DNA from: an uncultured Victivallis sp.
GTDB taxonomy: Bacteria > Verrucomicrobiota > Lentisphaeria > Victivallales > GWF2-50-93
Direction of reading: 5' to 3'
DNA length: 64,000 nucleotides
NCBI GenBank assembly: GCA_964540865.1
Contig: CAZION010000006.1
Coordinates: 10,367-74,366, forward strand
Position 1 is the first letter of the stretch; each line of letters opens with the position of its first letter. The notes under the pieces are model-generated. The model saw only the letters and a program-made list of their open reading frames with translations, was not told the DNA's origin and did not search any database. A program made the translations under genes and the position numbers. Positions 49,738-60,125 of this stretch are shown here, piece by piece.

Positions 49738-51234
49738 TTATAAGCAATCCACCACATGCTTGTAATTTTTCACATAGTCCATGAAGTCAGAACTTCCCGA
49801 TTCAATGAATCCGCCTATTATGGTTTTGACAAACTCGCCGGCTTTTTCAGCGGGAATTTCTGTCAAGGGCGTAGACAGTTTCCTGTTTCGCAGATCTGCC
49901 CCCGTGTAGACTTTCAGGAAAGGCAGCATATTGCCGTCAATGCTCTTTTTCATGCCTTGGAATCCAAGAGCCGCCGCCGGATGACCGCCACAGGCGTTTG
50001 GACAGCCCGAAATCCTGATTGAATCCAGGATAACCGGCATGAGCTCCGCCTTTTTTTCAGGATACTTCGTGAACAGCGCATCCAACTCTTCGGCGATTGT
50101 TTTTGATATTGACTGAGAGTCCAGAATCCCTATTTTGCATACGGTTGCCCCGACACAGCATGTAAGAAGCCCCTTGAATGAATTTCCGGCGAAGTTCAGA
50201 CTTTTCAATCTGCTTCTCAGAGAAGGAATCGAGTCATTGGTTGCAGTCAAGTAAATGTCCTGACTTTGCGAAATTCGCAGATATATGCATCCCGCATTGC
50301 GGGCGGCATGACAGATTTCTTCGAAATCTGAAATACTAAGATTTCCGTTAGGGATGAAGCATTTGATTAATGATAAATTTCTCGCAAGTTCCGAATTTAT
50401 ATCTTTGTAACTTTTCTTGAAATCTTGAGCGGAACGCTCAAAATATTCAAGAAAAGTTTTCCTGAACTCGTCAGGCCCGACCTTCGCCGCGTAGTGGCGC
50501 AGACGGGCCTTGGCGCGGTTAGTCCGGTCCCCGTGGTCGTGGAAAAGTTCCAGCAAAGCCTTTATGCATTTCAGCAGATCTTTTTCCGGAAGGAAATCAA
50601 AGAGCTTTATTCCGACCATGCTTTCCCGTCCCATGCCGCCTGCGGCGTAGACGGTGAAGCCTTTTTGACCGTCTGCGCTTTTCGCAATAAACCCCATATC
50701 CTGCAAAACAGCCATGGAAGAGTCTTTTTCACAGCATGAGAATCCGAGCTTCAGTTTTCTGGGAAGCTGGAAGGCTTTTTTCTGATCAAACAGGAAATCA
50801 TTCGCGGCTTTCGCATATGGCTGGACATCGAAGATCGAATCAGATGAAATCCCGCTGTGCGGACATGCTACAGTATTCCTGTATGTGTCTCCTCCCCCGC
50901 CTTTGAAAGGAATTCCGCTTTCCGTCAACGATTTTACAACCGGATAAATCATATCAGGTTGAACATCATGGAACTGAATGTCCTGGCGTGTAGTCAGATG
51001 AATATATCCGACCTTGTTCGCCTTTGCGGTTTCAGATATTGTCCTTGCATCTGAGAGTGCCAGCTGCCCTCCTGTTATCCTTATCCTGAACATAAACTTC
51101 CCGTTGCTTTGTTCGTAGATTCCAAAAGGGGCTGTGAATTTCTTGTATTCAGCTGAATTTATCTTTCCCGAAACATACTCCTTCGATTTCAGCCTTATCA
51201 GTTCATATTTTTCTGTCCAGAATGTCTTATCCAT
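49738..51234 (-). CDS. Siroheme sulfite/nitrite reductase
   Basis: HLTTRQDIQFH, LPRKLK, RAKARLR, CVGATVC, ISGCPNACG; in the cys operon. Confidence 0.85.
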   Translation of the reverse strand: MDKTFWTEKYELIRLKSKEYVSGKINSAEYKKFTAPFGIYEQSNGKFMFRIRITGGQLALSDARTISETAKANKVGYIHLTTRQDIQFHDVQPDMIYPVVKSLTESGIPFKGGGGDTYRNTVACPHSGISSDSIFDVQPYAKAANDFLFDQKKAFQLPRKLKLGFSCCEKDSSMAVLQDMGFIAKSADGQKGFTVYAAGGMGRESMVGIKLFDFLPEKDLLKCIKALLELFHDHGDRTNRAKARLRHYAAKVGPDEFRKTFLEYFERSAQDFKKSYKDINSELARNLSLIKCFIPNGNLSISDFEEICHAARNAGCIYLRISQSQDIYLTATNDSIPSLRSRLKSLNFAGNSFKGLLTCCVGATVCKIGILDSQSISKTIAEELDALFTKYPEKKAELMPVILDSIRISGCPNACGGHPAAALGFQGMKKSIDGNMLPFLKVYTGADLRNRKLSTPLTEIPAEKAGEFVKTIIGGFIESGSSDFMDYVKNYKHVVDCL

Positions 51235-51273
51235 TGTTTCTCCTTGTTTGTAATTTTTTTCCATTTGGAAAAA

Positions 51274-53073
51274 TTATATGCAATAAGTCGGAATTATATC
51301 GGATTCAGTGAGCAACTGCATGGTTTTGTCAGTCGCCTCTTTTACAGGCGGATTCGCCGGTAAATTCAAATCCGTCTTGAATTTTGTAAAATAATTTTCC
51401 CCGATGTTGACTACAAGTATTTCATTCGGATAGTTCAGGAGTTTCAGTTTCTCGAGATCATATTCATCTGCATTGTCAATCGCCGTTATGAATACCAGTC
51501 CTGCATCTGTCATGATTCTTGCAAGTTCACCAATCCTTCGGATATGCTCATCCCTGTCCTGAAAGACTGCCTTCATGTCTGAATCGAGACCGCCGATGAG
51601 GTTGGTAATTCCAAGGAAGTAACTGTTGAGGCTCAGGTTGAAAAGACGTTGTTCAAGTGTTTTTGCAATTTCCCTCTTGCCTGTCCCCTTGTCTCCGGTG
51701 AAAAGAATGAATTTTCCCCTGTGATGGTTTCTGGCGGCTCGTGTCGCCGTGTCTATGAAACCGCGTTCCCATGAATACTCCCGCTTTTCTATGTGCTCGC
51801 GCAGGAGCGATTTGTCTTCATCTGCTTTTCCGGTGACAATTCCGCCTCCGGCGATTTCGTAGTTGTCGATAATCACAAACCTTCCCGTGTTTTCAATATC
51901 GCTTATCAGATCGAATGCGATCGGCTTGGATGTTTCAATCACGCATTCACCGACATCGTGCCGGTCGAGCTGCTGTTTCCCTTTGACAGAAGTCAGTTCC
52001 GATGCGTCAAGCACATTTGAAATTTCAACGAGTTCCGCGTTCGCCCGGGCCGCCGCCAGTTTGAGCCTGTATTTCTTGCCTTTTATGAACGGGGCTTTCC
52101 CCATCCAGAATATATTGACTTTCAGCCTTGAGGCGACCATGGTGGGAGTATCGCTTTTTTTGCACATGATATCGCCTGGATTTGCATAAATCTGCGTGGT
52201 AAGGGTGAACCCTGTCGCATGAGGCGCCTCAATTGAATTGCGTGGGGGATTGTTGAATCCCTCGATTGATTTGATCACCGACTCCTTGCCGGAAGGAAGG
52301 AAGACGACACTGTCTCCGACGTTGATGCTCCCGGTTTCTATGGAACCTGCAACTATCCGTCTTTCATCGTCCTGTTCGGTGAATTTGTAAATGTCCTGGA
52401 CCGGCATCCTGAACGCCTTGTTGGCATTGTCCGGTTTGAGTGCGAAAGTTTCCAGCTGTTCAAGGACTGAAGGCCCTTTGAACCATGGGATGTTTTTTGA
52501 ACTTCCGACAATGTTGTCTCCGAACCTTCCGCTTGCTGGAATAAAATTTGTCGCCACAACCCCGATGTTGCTGAGGAATTCAGAATACTCCCTTACAATG
52601 TTTTCATATACTTCTTTTCTGTAATCAGCAAGATCGAACTTGTTTACGATCACGGCAACCTGTCGGATGCCGAGCATGCTCAGGATATAGCCGTGCCGTT
52701 TCGAATTTTCCTGGATGCCCTCGTGTGCATCGATCACGAGAAGTGCGGCATCGGCACGGGCTGCGCCGGTCACCATGTTTTTCAGGAATTCAATGTGCCC
52801 TGGAGCATCAATTATCATGTATTTGCGGTTGGCGGTCTTGAAGAAGCATCGCGCCATGTCAATCGTTATTCCCTGACGCTGCTCGTTTTTGAGCGCGTCA
52901 AGGAGGAATGCGTATTCAAACGGTTTGGAATTGCGGCGGCAGTTCTCCTGTACCTGTTCGAGTTTTCCTTTCGGCAGTGAGTCCGTATCCGCCAGAAGCC
53001 GCCCGATAATCGTGCTCTTCCCATGATCCACATGGCCGACTATCACAATCTTCAGTAAATTATTTGTTTCCAT
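51274..53073 (-). CDS. cysN: Sulfate adenylyltransferase large subunit with degenerate APS-kinase-like C-domain
   Basis: [31 protein letters not shown]. Confidence 0.9.
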   Translation of the reverse strand: METNNLLKIVIVGHVDHGKSTIIGRLLADTDSLPKGKLEQVQENCRRNSKPFEYAFLLDALKNEQRQGITIDMARCFFKTANRKYMIIDAPGHIEFLKNMVTGAARADAALLVIDAHEGIQENSKRHGYILSMLGIRQVAVIVNKFDLADYRKEVYENIVREYSEFLSNIGVVATNFIPASGRFGDNIVGSSKNIPWFKGPSVLEQLETFALKPDNANKAFRMPVQDIYKFTEQDDERRIVAGSIETGSINVGDSVVFLPSGKESVIKSIEGFNNPPRNSIEAPHATGFTLTTQIYANPGDIMCKKSDTPTMVASRLKVNIFWMGKAPFIKGKKYRLKLAAARANAELVEISNVLDASELTSVKGKQQLDRHDVGECVIETSKPIAFDLISDIENTGRFVIIDNYEIAGGGIVTGKADEDKSLLREHIEKREYSWERGFIDTATRAARNHHRGKFILFTGDKGTGKREIAKTLEQRLFNLSLNSYFLGITNLIGGLDSDMKAVFQDRDEHIRRIGELARIMTDAGLVFITAIDNADEYDLEKLKLLNYPNEILVVNIGENYFTKFKTDLNLPANPPVKEATDKTMQLLTESDIIPTYCI

Positions 53074-53127
53074 ATTATTTCTTTCCTTTTGTAGTGCTGA
53101 GTTATGAAAAATTGATGCAATTTTTTA

Positions 53128-54009
53128 TCACATGTATCCTTCTCTCCTCAGTGTCTCCAACCCGCCACCGTCATCCTTGTCCTGCGCCCTTCCGGACCGT
53201 TCTGCGATATTCGCAAACTTGCCGCTTTTGAGCTCGGCGATTATTTCTTTTACATTTTTAGCATTTGAATCAACCGGGGTTGTGCATGGGTAGCATCCCA
53301 GCGACCGGTATCTTTTCCCTTTGCCGTTGTCGAAATAAAGGGATGTTATCGGAATGTTTTCTTTTTCAATGTATTCCCATATGTTCAGCTCGGTCCAGTC
53401 GAGAAGGGGGTGGACCCTGATATGCGTGCCGGGCGCAAAATCAGTCTTATACTGGTTCCAGAGTTCCGGCGGCTGATCGTCAACGTTCCAGTCGCTCTGT
53501 TTGTCGCGAGGAGAGAAATAACGCTCTTTCGAACGGCTTCCCTCTTCATCTGCACGTACGCCGACAATGACTCCGGAATATGCGTCCTTGTTTGCGTCAG
53601 CTTCGAATTTGCCTGTATCGTGGTTCAGCCTGTAACGCGGCCATTCCCCGGAAAGTGTGTGTTTGAGAGCTTCACTTTTAAGGCTTTTGCAGCAGGTCAG
53701 GCGGTCAACCTTACCGTCAGGGAACGTGAGTTTCTGTTCAAGCACAGGCTTGTTCTGGCCGATTAGGAGTGAGAGCTTCCATTCCATTGCGATATTGTTC
53801 CTGTAGTCAATCATTTCAGGAATCTTGAACGCTGTGTCGATATGCATGAGGGGGAAGGGGACATGTCCGAAAAACGCCTTCCGAGCTAGCCATAGAAGGA
53901 CAGTGCTGTCCTTGCCTATCGACCACAGCATGACCAGGCTTTTAAATTCCCTGTATGCTTCGCGTAAGATATGCACACTCTGTGATTCCAGTGATTCAAG
54001 ATGATCCAT
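53128..54009 (-). CDS. cysD: Sulfate adenylyltransferase small subunit
   Basis: [54 protein letters not shown]. Confidence 0.93.
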   Translation of the reverse strand: MDHLESLESQSVHILREAYREFKSLVMLWSIGKDSTVLLWLARKAFFGHVPFPLMHIDTAFKIPEMIDYRNNIAMEWKLSLLIGQNKPVLEQKLTFPDGKVDRLTCCKSLKSEALKHTLSGEWPRYRLNHDTGKFEADANKDAYSGVIVGVRADEEGSRSKERYFSPRDKQSDWNVDDQPPELWNQYKTDFAPGTHIRVHPLLDWTELNIWEYIEKENIPITSLYFDNGKGKRYRSLGCYPCTTPVDSNAKNVKEIIAELKSGKFANIAERSGRAQDKDDGGGLETLRREGYM

Positions 54010-54028
54010 TTTTTTATCCTTTCTTAAA

Positions 54029-54093
54029 GTCGTCAGTTGTTGGTCGCCAGTCATCAGTTTTTCCGAATGCCGTCGACCGAAGACAGTCGACTA
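54029..54093. repeat. Inverted GTC.../...GAC heptamer element overlapping the cysH stop codon
   Basis: gtcgtca gttgttg gtcgcca gtcatca ... cgtcgac cgaagac agtcgac ta. Confidence 0.7.
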
Positions 54094-54828
54094 TTTATTT
54101 ATTCGTGCCAGTTTCCCGTCCGCGACATGAAGTCCGCATTCCTTCTTTTCGGGTTCCTCCCACCACCATCTACCCGCACGTGCTGACTCATCCGCCTTCA
54201 CAGCTCTTGTGCAGGGAGCGCATCCGATACTTGGATATCCTTTATCGTGAAGCTTATTATAGGGAACGTTGTTTCCCCTAATATAGTTCCAGACATGCTC
54301 CTCAGTCCAGTCCGCAATCGGATTCAACTTCACCAGGGAGAAGTTCTCATCCCATTCAATCTTTTCAACTTTTGTGCGTGTGACGCTCTGTTCTCTGCGA
54401 AGACCGCATACCCAGGCATCAAGTTTCGAAAGGATCTTTCTCAGGGGCCTGAGCTTGCGAACTTCGCAGCATAGCTTTCTTTTCTCTATGCTTTCATAAA
54501 ACAGGTTTGGCCCGAATGAGTTTTCCATCTCTGATACATCCGTCGATTCAGGGAAAAGCACTTCGTATTTCAAACCGTATGTTTTCATGGTTTCAGTCAT
54601 GACATCGTACGTTTCCTGCGGGAGGCGTCCGGTATCGAGGGTGAAAATCCTTGCCCCTGGATGTATTTTCACAATCATATCGCTAAGAACCTGATCCTCG
54701 GCCCCGAGGCTTGATGACAGTGCGATTTTATCAGTTCCGAAGAAATCCAGCCCCCACCTTATGATTTCCTGAGGATCCTTCCCCCAAAAATCCTTATTTA
54801 GTTTTTCTATTTCCTCTTTGCTTATCAT
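54091..54828 (-). CDS. cysH: APS reductase (4Fe-4S type CysH)
   Basis: LDTGRL, CCEVRK, GLRREQS, SIGCAPCT, RAGRWWWE, KECGLH. Confidence 0.92.
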   Translation of the reverse strand: MISKEEIEKLNKDFWGKDPQEIIRWGLDFFGTDKIALSSSLGAEDQVLSDMIVKIHPGARIFTLDTGRLPQETYDVMTETMKTYGLKYEVLFPESTDVSEMENSFGPNLFYESIEKRKLCCEVRKLRPLRKILSKLDAWVCGLRREQSVTRTKVEKIEWDENFSLVKLNPIADWTEEHVWNYIRGNNVPYNKLHDKGYPSIGCAPCTRAVKADESARAGRWWWEEPEKKECGLHVADGKLARINK

Positions 54829-54846
54829 AGTATTTCCTAAATTAAA

Positions 54847-54874
54847 CTTTGTGCCTCTGTGCCTTTGCGCCTTT
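54847..54874. repeat. 8-nt-period micro-array
   Basis: ctttgtgc ctctgtgc ctttgcgc cttt. Confidence 0.55.
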
Positions 54875-54882
54875 ACAACTAA

Positions 54883-55113
54883 TTAAATATTGTAATCCGT
54901 TGCTTTCGGCATAACACGTCCGAATTTGATTCTATTCCATAATCTTTCATGGAAATAGTAAAGGAACATTTTAGTGAACACCTCCACGAACCCGATTGAA
55001 ATTGCGAAAGCCAGCTTTCCGGTTATAAGCCATGCAATAAGTATGGTGTCTATGGTTCCGAGGGTTCGCCACGACACCGCTTTTACAACGCTCCTCCAGT
55101 GTTTATCTACCAT
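54883..55113 (-). CDS. DUF2061 small membrane protein
   Basis: RSVVKAVSWR...KMFLYYFHERLW. Confidence 0.85.
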   Translation of the reverse strand: MVDKHWRSVVKAVSWRTLGTIDTILIAWLITGKLAFAISIGFVEVFTKMFLYYFHERLWNRIKFGRVMPKATDYNI

Positions 55114-55265
55114 AAATTCAATCCATATGTTATTGTTGATGATTGCTTATATATGACCCTTTAAGTGATAATACTATATCAAGTATATCGACAAAGTAAA
55201 CAATCAATTTGCAGAAAATAGTAAAATAATTGCAAGTTATTGATGGATAGCGTTAAAGGTGTATT

Positions 55266-56642
55266 TTAAATCTTGAATTGTTCCGGATTAGAAAGGAAAT
55301 GCATGTGAATATAGCTGGCGATTACGTTTTTTATTCTAATCCCGGTTGCTGCCCATTTTGAATCTTTCCGCGTCCCTCTGATTTCGAATGCCGGCACGAT
55401 ATTCTTTGATGTGAATTCCGCCTCCGACCAATGGAACTCGTGTCCGCGAAAAACAGTCCCTTTTTCACCAAGGAAACTGCTCTGTTTCAGTTTTATCTCC
55501 CTATAACCAAGGCTGTGCAGCTTTGAGCCCATCTTGATCCTGCATGGAATGACTCCGCACATATTGTATTTCCTTCGCCCGCAGGAAATACTTTCGGATA
55601 GATACATGAAGCCGCCGCATTCGGCAAAGATGTGTCCGCCAGCCTTTGCGAAAGATGCAACAGACTGCAACATTGGTTTGTTTGCTGAAAGTTTCGCCGC
55701 AAATATTTCAGGAAATCCTCCGCCGATGTAAAGGAATTCTATTCCTGCTGGAAGTCCTTTGTCCTTCAACGGAGAGAAAAAGACAATTTCGAATCCGGCA
55801 TTTCTCAACGCATCAAAATTATCTTCATAATAGAAGTTGAACGCATCGTCAAGGGCGATTCCGATTTTCGGTCCTCGGTCGACAGCAGACAGTCGGCAGC
55901 TTGGGAATTTAATTCTTGTCTTTTCTTTATTGATACCTGACGACCAACAACCGACGACTGACGACTTTAATATCTTTTCGATATCAACATGTTTCTCGCA
56001 GATATCGGCAAGGGTGTTGAACCACTTCTCTTTCTTTCTGTTCTCGAATACCGGGACCAGGCCGAGATGCCGTTCTTGAAGTTTCAGCTTTTCATCACGT
56101 GGAATCCAACCGAGCAGGGGCGGCAGTCTGTCTCTCTTAAGCGCGATCTTCAGTATTTCAGCATGTCTCTCTGATGAAACATTGTTGGCGATCACTCCGA
56201 ATATTCTAATCTTTGGACAGTAACTGCAATATCCTTTGACAAGCGCTGAGATGCTGCCGGCCATACCCTTTGCATTGACAACGAGCAATACCGGGACATT
56301 CAAGGTTCTTGCCACATCAGCCGTGCTTCCTTCAAGTTTGCCCGGTTTTGCGCCGTCGAACAAACCCATTACACCCTCGATTACCGCACAGTCTTTATCC
56401 TTGATACCAGCTTCAAAAGAGTACGAAAGCGCACCCGGGACCATCCAGCTGTCGAGATTTCTTGAGGGAGTCCCGCAGGCGGCCTTATGAAAAGCTGTGT
56501 CAATGTAATCAGGTCCGCACTTGAACGGGGCAACCTTGACTCCGCGTCTTTTTAGAGCCCGCAGCAAACCAAGGGTAACCGTGGTTTTCCCCGCCCCTGA
56601 ATTGGTCCCGGCTATGCAGAATGCATAAAATTTATGTTCCAT
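55266..56642 (-). CDS. cbiA: Cobyrinate a,c-diamide synthase
   Basis: SGAGKTT, FKCGPDYID, EGVMGLFDG, ERHLGL, AFNFYY, GGGFPE, AECGG, GHEFH. Confidence 0.93.
   Translation of the reverse strand: MEHKFYAFCIAGTNSGAGKTTVTLGLLRALKRRGVKVAPFKCGPDYIDTAFHKAACGTPSRNLDSWMVPGALSYSFEAGIKDKDCAVIEGVMGLFDGAKPGKLEGSTADVARTLNVPVLLVVNAKGMAGSISALVKGYCSYCPKIRIFGVIANNVSSERHAEILKIALKRDRLPPLLGWIPRDEKLKLQERHLGLVPVFENRKKEKWFNTLADICEKHVDIEKILKSSVVGCWSSGINKEKTRIKFPSCRLSAVDRGPKIGIALDDAFNFYYEDNFDALRNAGFEIVFFSPLKDKGLPAGIEFLYIGGGFPEIFAAKLSANKPMLQSVASFAKAGGHIFAECGGFMYLSESISCGRRKYNMCGVIPCRIKMGSKLHSLGYREIKLKQSSFLGEKGTVFRGHEFHWSEAEFTSKNIVPAFEIRGTRKDSKWAATGIRIKNVIASYIHMHFLSNPEQFKI
55871..55965. repeat. Inverted heptamer element inside the cbiA interdomain linker
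   Basis: gtcctcg gtcgaca gcagaca gtcggca ... tgacgac caacaac cgacgac tgacgac. Confidence 0.75.
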
Positions 56643-57735
56643 GAATTTTATATCCCCTAAGAGTATAAAGCCTCCCGCCGCGCAAGACGGTTTGTGAATT
56701 TCCAATGATCACAAGTGTCGACATGTCTACGAATTCTTCCGGGAAATGATCAAGTGTCCCGCATACGGTGAGTTCATTGTCTCTGCCAGCATTTTTCACA
56801 ATTCCGAAATTTGTATCACCGCCTCTGGATTTCTTAATAGATTTGATTGCGAATGCAAGCAAATCTTTCCTGCTGTGGCTTCTTGGATTGTAGATGGCGC
56901 AGACCATGTCGGCTTCGGCAAGCAGCCTTATTCTTTTTATAATTGTCTTCTTCGGGGTCAGCAGATCGGACAGGCTGATTATTGCGAAATCATTCATGAG
57001 CGGGGCGCCAAGAGCGGAGGCCGCAGAGAGAGCCGCAGTTATTCCGGGAAGCGTTTCTATCTTTACTCCACGGTACTTTTCCTGTTCCGAAAGTTCGAGA
57101 AGAAGCCCGGACATGCCATATATCCCGGCATCTCCGGAACAGACTACCGATACGTTTTTGCCTGAAGCGGCTTCGTCAAGAGCCAGACTGCATCGTTCTA
57201 TTTCATGGGTCATGCCAGTGGCGATTCTCTTCTTCTTCCCGATGAGTGACGGGATTTGTTCAAGGTATTTCCCATAGCCGGCCACAGTGTCGGAAGCCAG
57301 GATTGCGGATTTCGCATCTTCCGTTATCTGGTCAATTGCGCCAGAACCTATTCCGATTGCAGTGAGAGTTCCCCTTGCTTTGACAGGTTCCGCTATGGCG
57401 ATGGTTATTTTTCCCCCGTGAATCGACTTCGGAAAAATTATCCTACCTCCTGCGGCGATAGCTGCAGCTTCAGATACGCTGTGCGAATCGATGTGCTTTT
57501 TGACTTTTTCCGAAGGGGAGGGGACTTCTATCTTGGACAGTTCCTCCGGAGTGAAGAAGACAATCTTTATTCCTTTGGACTCGGCATATTCAAGCAGCCC
57601 TTTTTCATTGCACTTGAGCGTGCAGGTTGCGATAAGGCTGATGCTTTTTCCGCCCAGTACATTCTCGATCGCCTTTGAGATTTCATCGCAGGTGGTCCCC
57701 CGCCTGCATCCTAAACCTATTATGTGTTTCTTCAT
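56632..57735 (-). CDS. cbiH: CbiG C-terminal domain fused to precorrin-3B C17-methyltransferase
   Basis: IIGLGCRRG...SVSEAAA; then GIGSG, SGDAGIYGM, PGITA, DFAIISLSD, YNPRS, TLRGY. Confidence 0.9.
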   Translation of the reverse strand: MKKHIIGLGCRRGTTCDEISKAIENVLGGKSISLIATCTLKCNEKGLLEYAESKGIKIVFFTPEELSKIEVPSPSEKVKKHIDSHSVSEAAAIAAGGRIIFPKSIHGGKITIAIAEPVKARGTLTAIGIGSGAIDQITEDAKSAILASDTVAGYGKYLEQIPSLIGKKKRIATGMTHEIERCSLALDEAASGKNVSVVCSGDAGIYGMSGLLLELSEQEKYRGVKIETLPGITAALSAASALGAPLMNDFAIISLSDLLTPKKTIIKRIRLLAEADMVCAIYNPRSHSRKDLLAFAIKSIKKSRGGDTNFGIVKNAGRDNELTVCGTLDHFPEEFVDMSTLVIIGNSQTVLRGGRLYTLRGYKIHGT

Positions 57736-57747
57736 TTTTCTCCGTTT

Positions 57748-57853
57748 GTAGTAGCGCAATTTATTGCGCGTTCTTTTCTGTTTGTAGTAGGAGAATTTAT
57801 TCGCCGTTCTTCAATTGATGTGATCAAGAACGCGCAATAAATTGTGCTACTAC
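57748..57853. repeat. REP module (two forward REPs, one reverse) left of RAYT
   Basis: gtagtagcgcaatttattgcgc, gtagtaggagaatttattcgcc, gcgcaataaattgtgctactac. Confidence 0.88.
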
Positions 57854-57860
57854 AAGCTGA

Positions 57861-58451
57861 TTAATCATCCCACCCTTTTCCATAACCAAGGACTGGATAA
57901 CTTTCCCATAACTGTACCAGTTTATCTCTTCCATGTTCTGATATATGTCCGTGTATGCTTGAGGTTTCCCAATCCAAAGCATTTTTTACCTGATGGTGTT
58001 TTACCGGATTTGAATTGATATAATTTACAGAAGCCCAGAAATGATTTGAGTTCCTTATTTTTCTATCAGAATACCTAAACCATACCACTCTTTTCATTGT
58101 TTTGTCCTCTTTGTTCCATTCAAAAGCTGTTTTCCTGTGTAATTTCGAGATAGTTTTGGAAAAATCTTTTAAATTCACTTTTGCAAGAAAATGATAATGG
58201 TTTGGAAGAATACACCAGGCAAAAATATTCCCAATGGTGGATATTTCGTTCAACATCATAAATTCAAAACTTTTTCTTCTTTCGGCTGTATTCATGATGT
58301 TTTTGTGCTCGAAAATGGAGGCGGTTAAAATATAGGTTTTAATGATATCATCAAAAAAATGGGGAGGTTCGTGAAGAGGCAATTGTGAAAACTTGCGGTA
58401 GTTAAGCACATCTTGTTTTTGAATTTCATTTAATTTTCTATATTTATACAT
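57861..58451 (-). mobile_element. REP-associated tyrosine transposase (RAYT, Y1 HUH)
   Basis: AWCILPNHYHFL (HUH), DRKIRN, NYINSNPVKH (catalytic Tyr), WETSS; flanked by GTAG REPs. Confidence 0.9.
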
Positions 58452-58461
58452 TTTCGCCTTG

Positions 58462-58567
58462 CCGGTAGCACAATTCTCTGCGCGTTCTTTTCTGTTGGTA
58501 GTAGGCGAATTTATTCGCCGTTCTCCACCTGGGTCTAGGAATGACGCGCAATAAATTGCGCTACTAC
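58462..58567. repeat. REP module right of RAYT, direct repeat of 57748-57853
   Basis: Same length and layout at an offset of 714 bp. Confidence 0.88.
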
Positions 58568-60069
58568 GAACGGAGCCTTAACACGGGCATAAATGTTGAT
58601 TCCATTTTCGTGTTAAATACAACCGCACCGCAGAATTTTCCTGTTTTTAACTTGCCGGAGCTAGATATGTGAATAATATTCGTTTTAGAATCGTAATGCT
58701 TGCGGTATACCCCCTCCGGCACCATCAATCCAATTCTCTTCCCTTCAAGAAGCATAGAGTTCAGCGTCTTTATCATTTCCGGGTTTTCGACTTTCCAGCC
58801 TTCAATTGCGGCCATTTCATCAAACGCCATCAGGTTCTGGACATCTGTTGCTGTAGTGATTACCGCCTGTCCACCTAAGGCTTCGGCTGCGAACTTCGCA
58901 AGCCTGTTCGCCCCGCCTATGTGCCCGCTGAGCAGGCTTACGGCATAATTACCTTTCTGGTCACAGACTATCACTGCTGGGTCGGACGTTTTGCTGTTGA
59001 TGAATTTCGAAATCTTCCTCACAACTATTCCTGTCGCCATTATGAATATGTGACCGGCGAATCCTTTCCAGTTCCGGCTTAGGGTTTCGTCAAACCCGCC
59101 TTCCTTAAAAAATTCCGTGACGGAATTTTTAACCGATTTACCTTTAAACCTTTCAGGCATGAAAAGTGTTCCACCTTTTATGCTGGGTAAAAGCTTGTGG
59201 GCTGTTTCAATGCCTTCGGCTGTTATTGCATAAATTGCGATCTTCCCCTGAAAATCTCCGGTTCTCCTGTTCTCCGATTCTCCGATTCGTTCTTCAACGG
59301 CTTTCCGGTACCCGTGTGTGAATGCAGCATCATAGAGGAGAGACTTCCCGCATTTTTTCCTGTCAAGTGCGTCTCCGACAATTATCATCGCCTGGCGTTC
59401 TATGCCAGCTTTCGTCATTTTTCCTGAAATATTGGAAAGATCGCCCCTGACTATTTTTTCTTCCTTCCACGAGGCCCTGTAAACTACTTGGGCCGGTGTT
59501 TCGGGAGAATAGCCACCGCGTATCAGTTCGGCAGTAAGATTTTTTACGCCTCCTGCGGATAGGAATATGCACATTGTCGCACCGTGTTTTGCGAGGTTCG
59601 CAATTTCCTGTCCGTGTGGAACGGGGGTTCGCCCTGCCTGCCGTGTAAGGATTACAGTTTGCGATACGCCGGGCGCGGTGAGTTCCGTTTTAAGGGCTGC
59701 TGCGGAAGCGAACACTGAACTTACGCCGGGGATGACTTCATATGGGATTTTGAACTTGTCCAGCTCAGTCATCTGTTCAGCAATGGCGCCATAAATTGCA
59801 GGGTCTCCGGTATGAAGTCTTACTACTCTTTTTTCAGAGAGATACGCCTCTTTCATCAATTTTACAATTTCCTGCAAGGAAATTATCGCACTGTCGACTG
59901 TTCTGCATTTGCTTCCTGCGTATTTCAAAATCTCAGGGTTGACAAGTGAGCCGGCGTAAACGATCAGATCTGCCTCCTGTATTGCTTTCAGGCATCGCAA
60001 TGTTATCAGGTCTGGAGCCCCGGGGCCGGCACCTGCAAATATTATTTTGTGATTTGATGATTTTTTCAT
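58564..60069 (-). CDS. cbiF: Precorrin-4 C11-methyltransferase fused to CbiG N-terminal and mid domains
   Basis: GAGPGAPDLIT, YAGSLV, RLHTGDP, LYDAAFTHGYR; then MATGIVVR, DPAVIV, LLSGHIGGAN, VITTATD. Confidence 0.92.
   Translation of the reverse strand: MKKSSNHKIIFAGAGPGAPDLITLRCLKAIQEADLIVYAGSLVNPEILKYAGSKCRTVDSAIISLQEIVKLMKEAYLSEKRVVRLHTGDPAIYGAIAEQMTELDKFKIPYEVIPGVSSVFASAAALKTELTAPGVSQTVILTRQAGRTPVPHGQEIANLAKHGATMCIFLSAGGVKNLTAELIRGGYSPETPAQVVYRASWKEEKIVRGDLSNISGKMTKAGIERQAMIIVGDALDRKKCGKSLLYDAAFTHGYRKAVEERIGESENRRTGDFQGKIAIYAITAEGIETAHKLLPSIKGGTLFMPERFKGKSVKNSVTEFFKEGGFDETLSRNWKGFAGHIFIMATGIVVRKISKFINSKTSDPAVIVCDQKGNYAVSLLSGHIGGANRLAKFAAEALGGQAVITTATDVQNLMAFDEMAAIEGWKVENPEMIKTLNSMLLEGKRIGLMVPEGVYRKHYDSKTNIIHISSSGKLKTGKFCGAVVFNTKMESTFMPVLRLRS
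59255..59288. repeat. 8-nt-period micro-array in the CbiF-CbiG linker
   Basis: tctccggt tctcctgt tctccgat tctccgat tc. Confidence 0.65.
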
Positions 60070-60102
60070 TGTCGGCTTTTTCTTTGTTTAACAATTTAAA
60101 AA

Positions 60103-60125
60103 CACAGGCAAGATGCCTGTGTTAC
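60103..60125 (-). repeat. REP-like hairpin overlapping the cbiET stop codon
   Basis: Minus strand gtaacacaggcatcttgcctgtg; same family as 44700-44722. Confidence 0.7.

Noticed and set aside
57748..58567. REP clusters as a CRISPR array or classical IS ends
   Set aside because: Mixed orientations, GTAG plus hairpin form, and an enclosed Y1 HUH enzyme indicate REP/RAYT.
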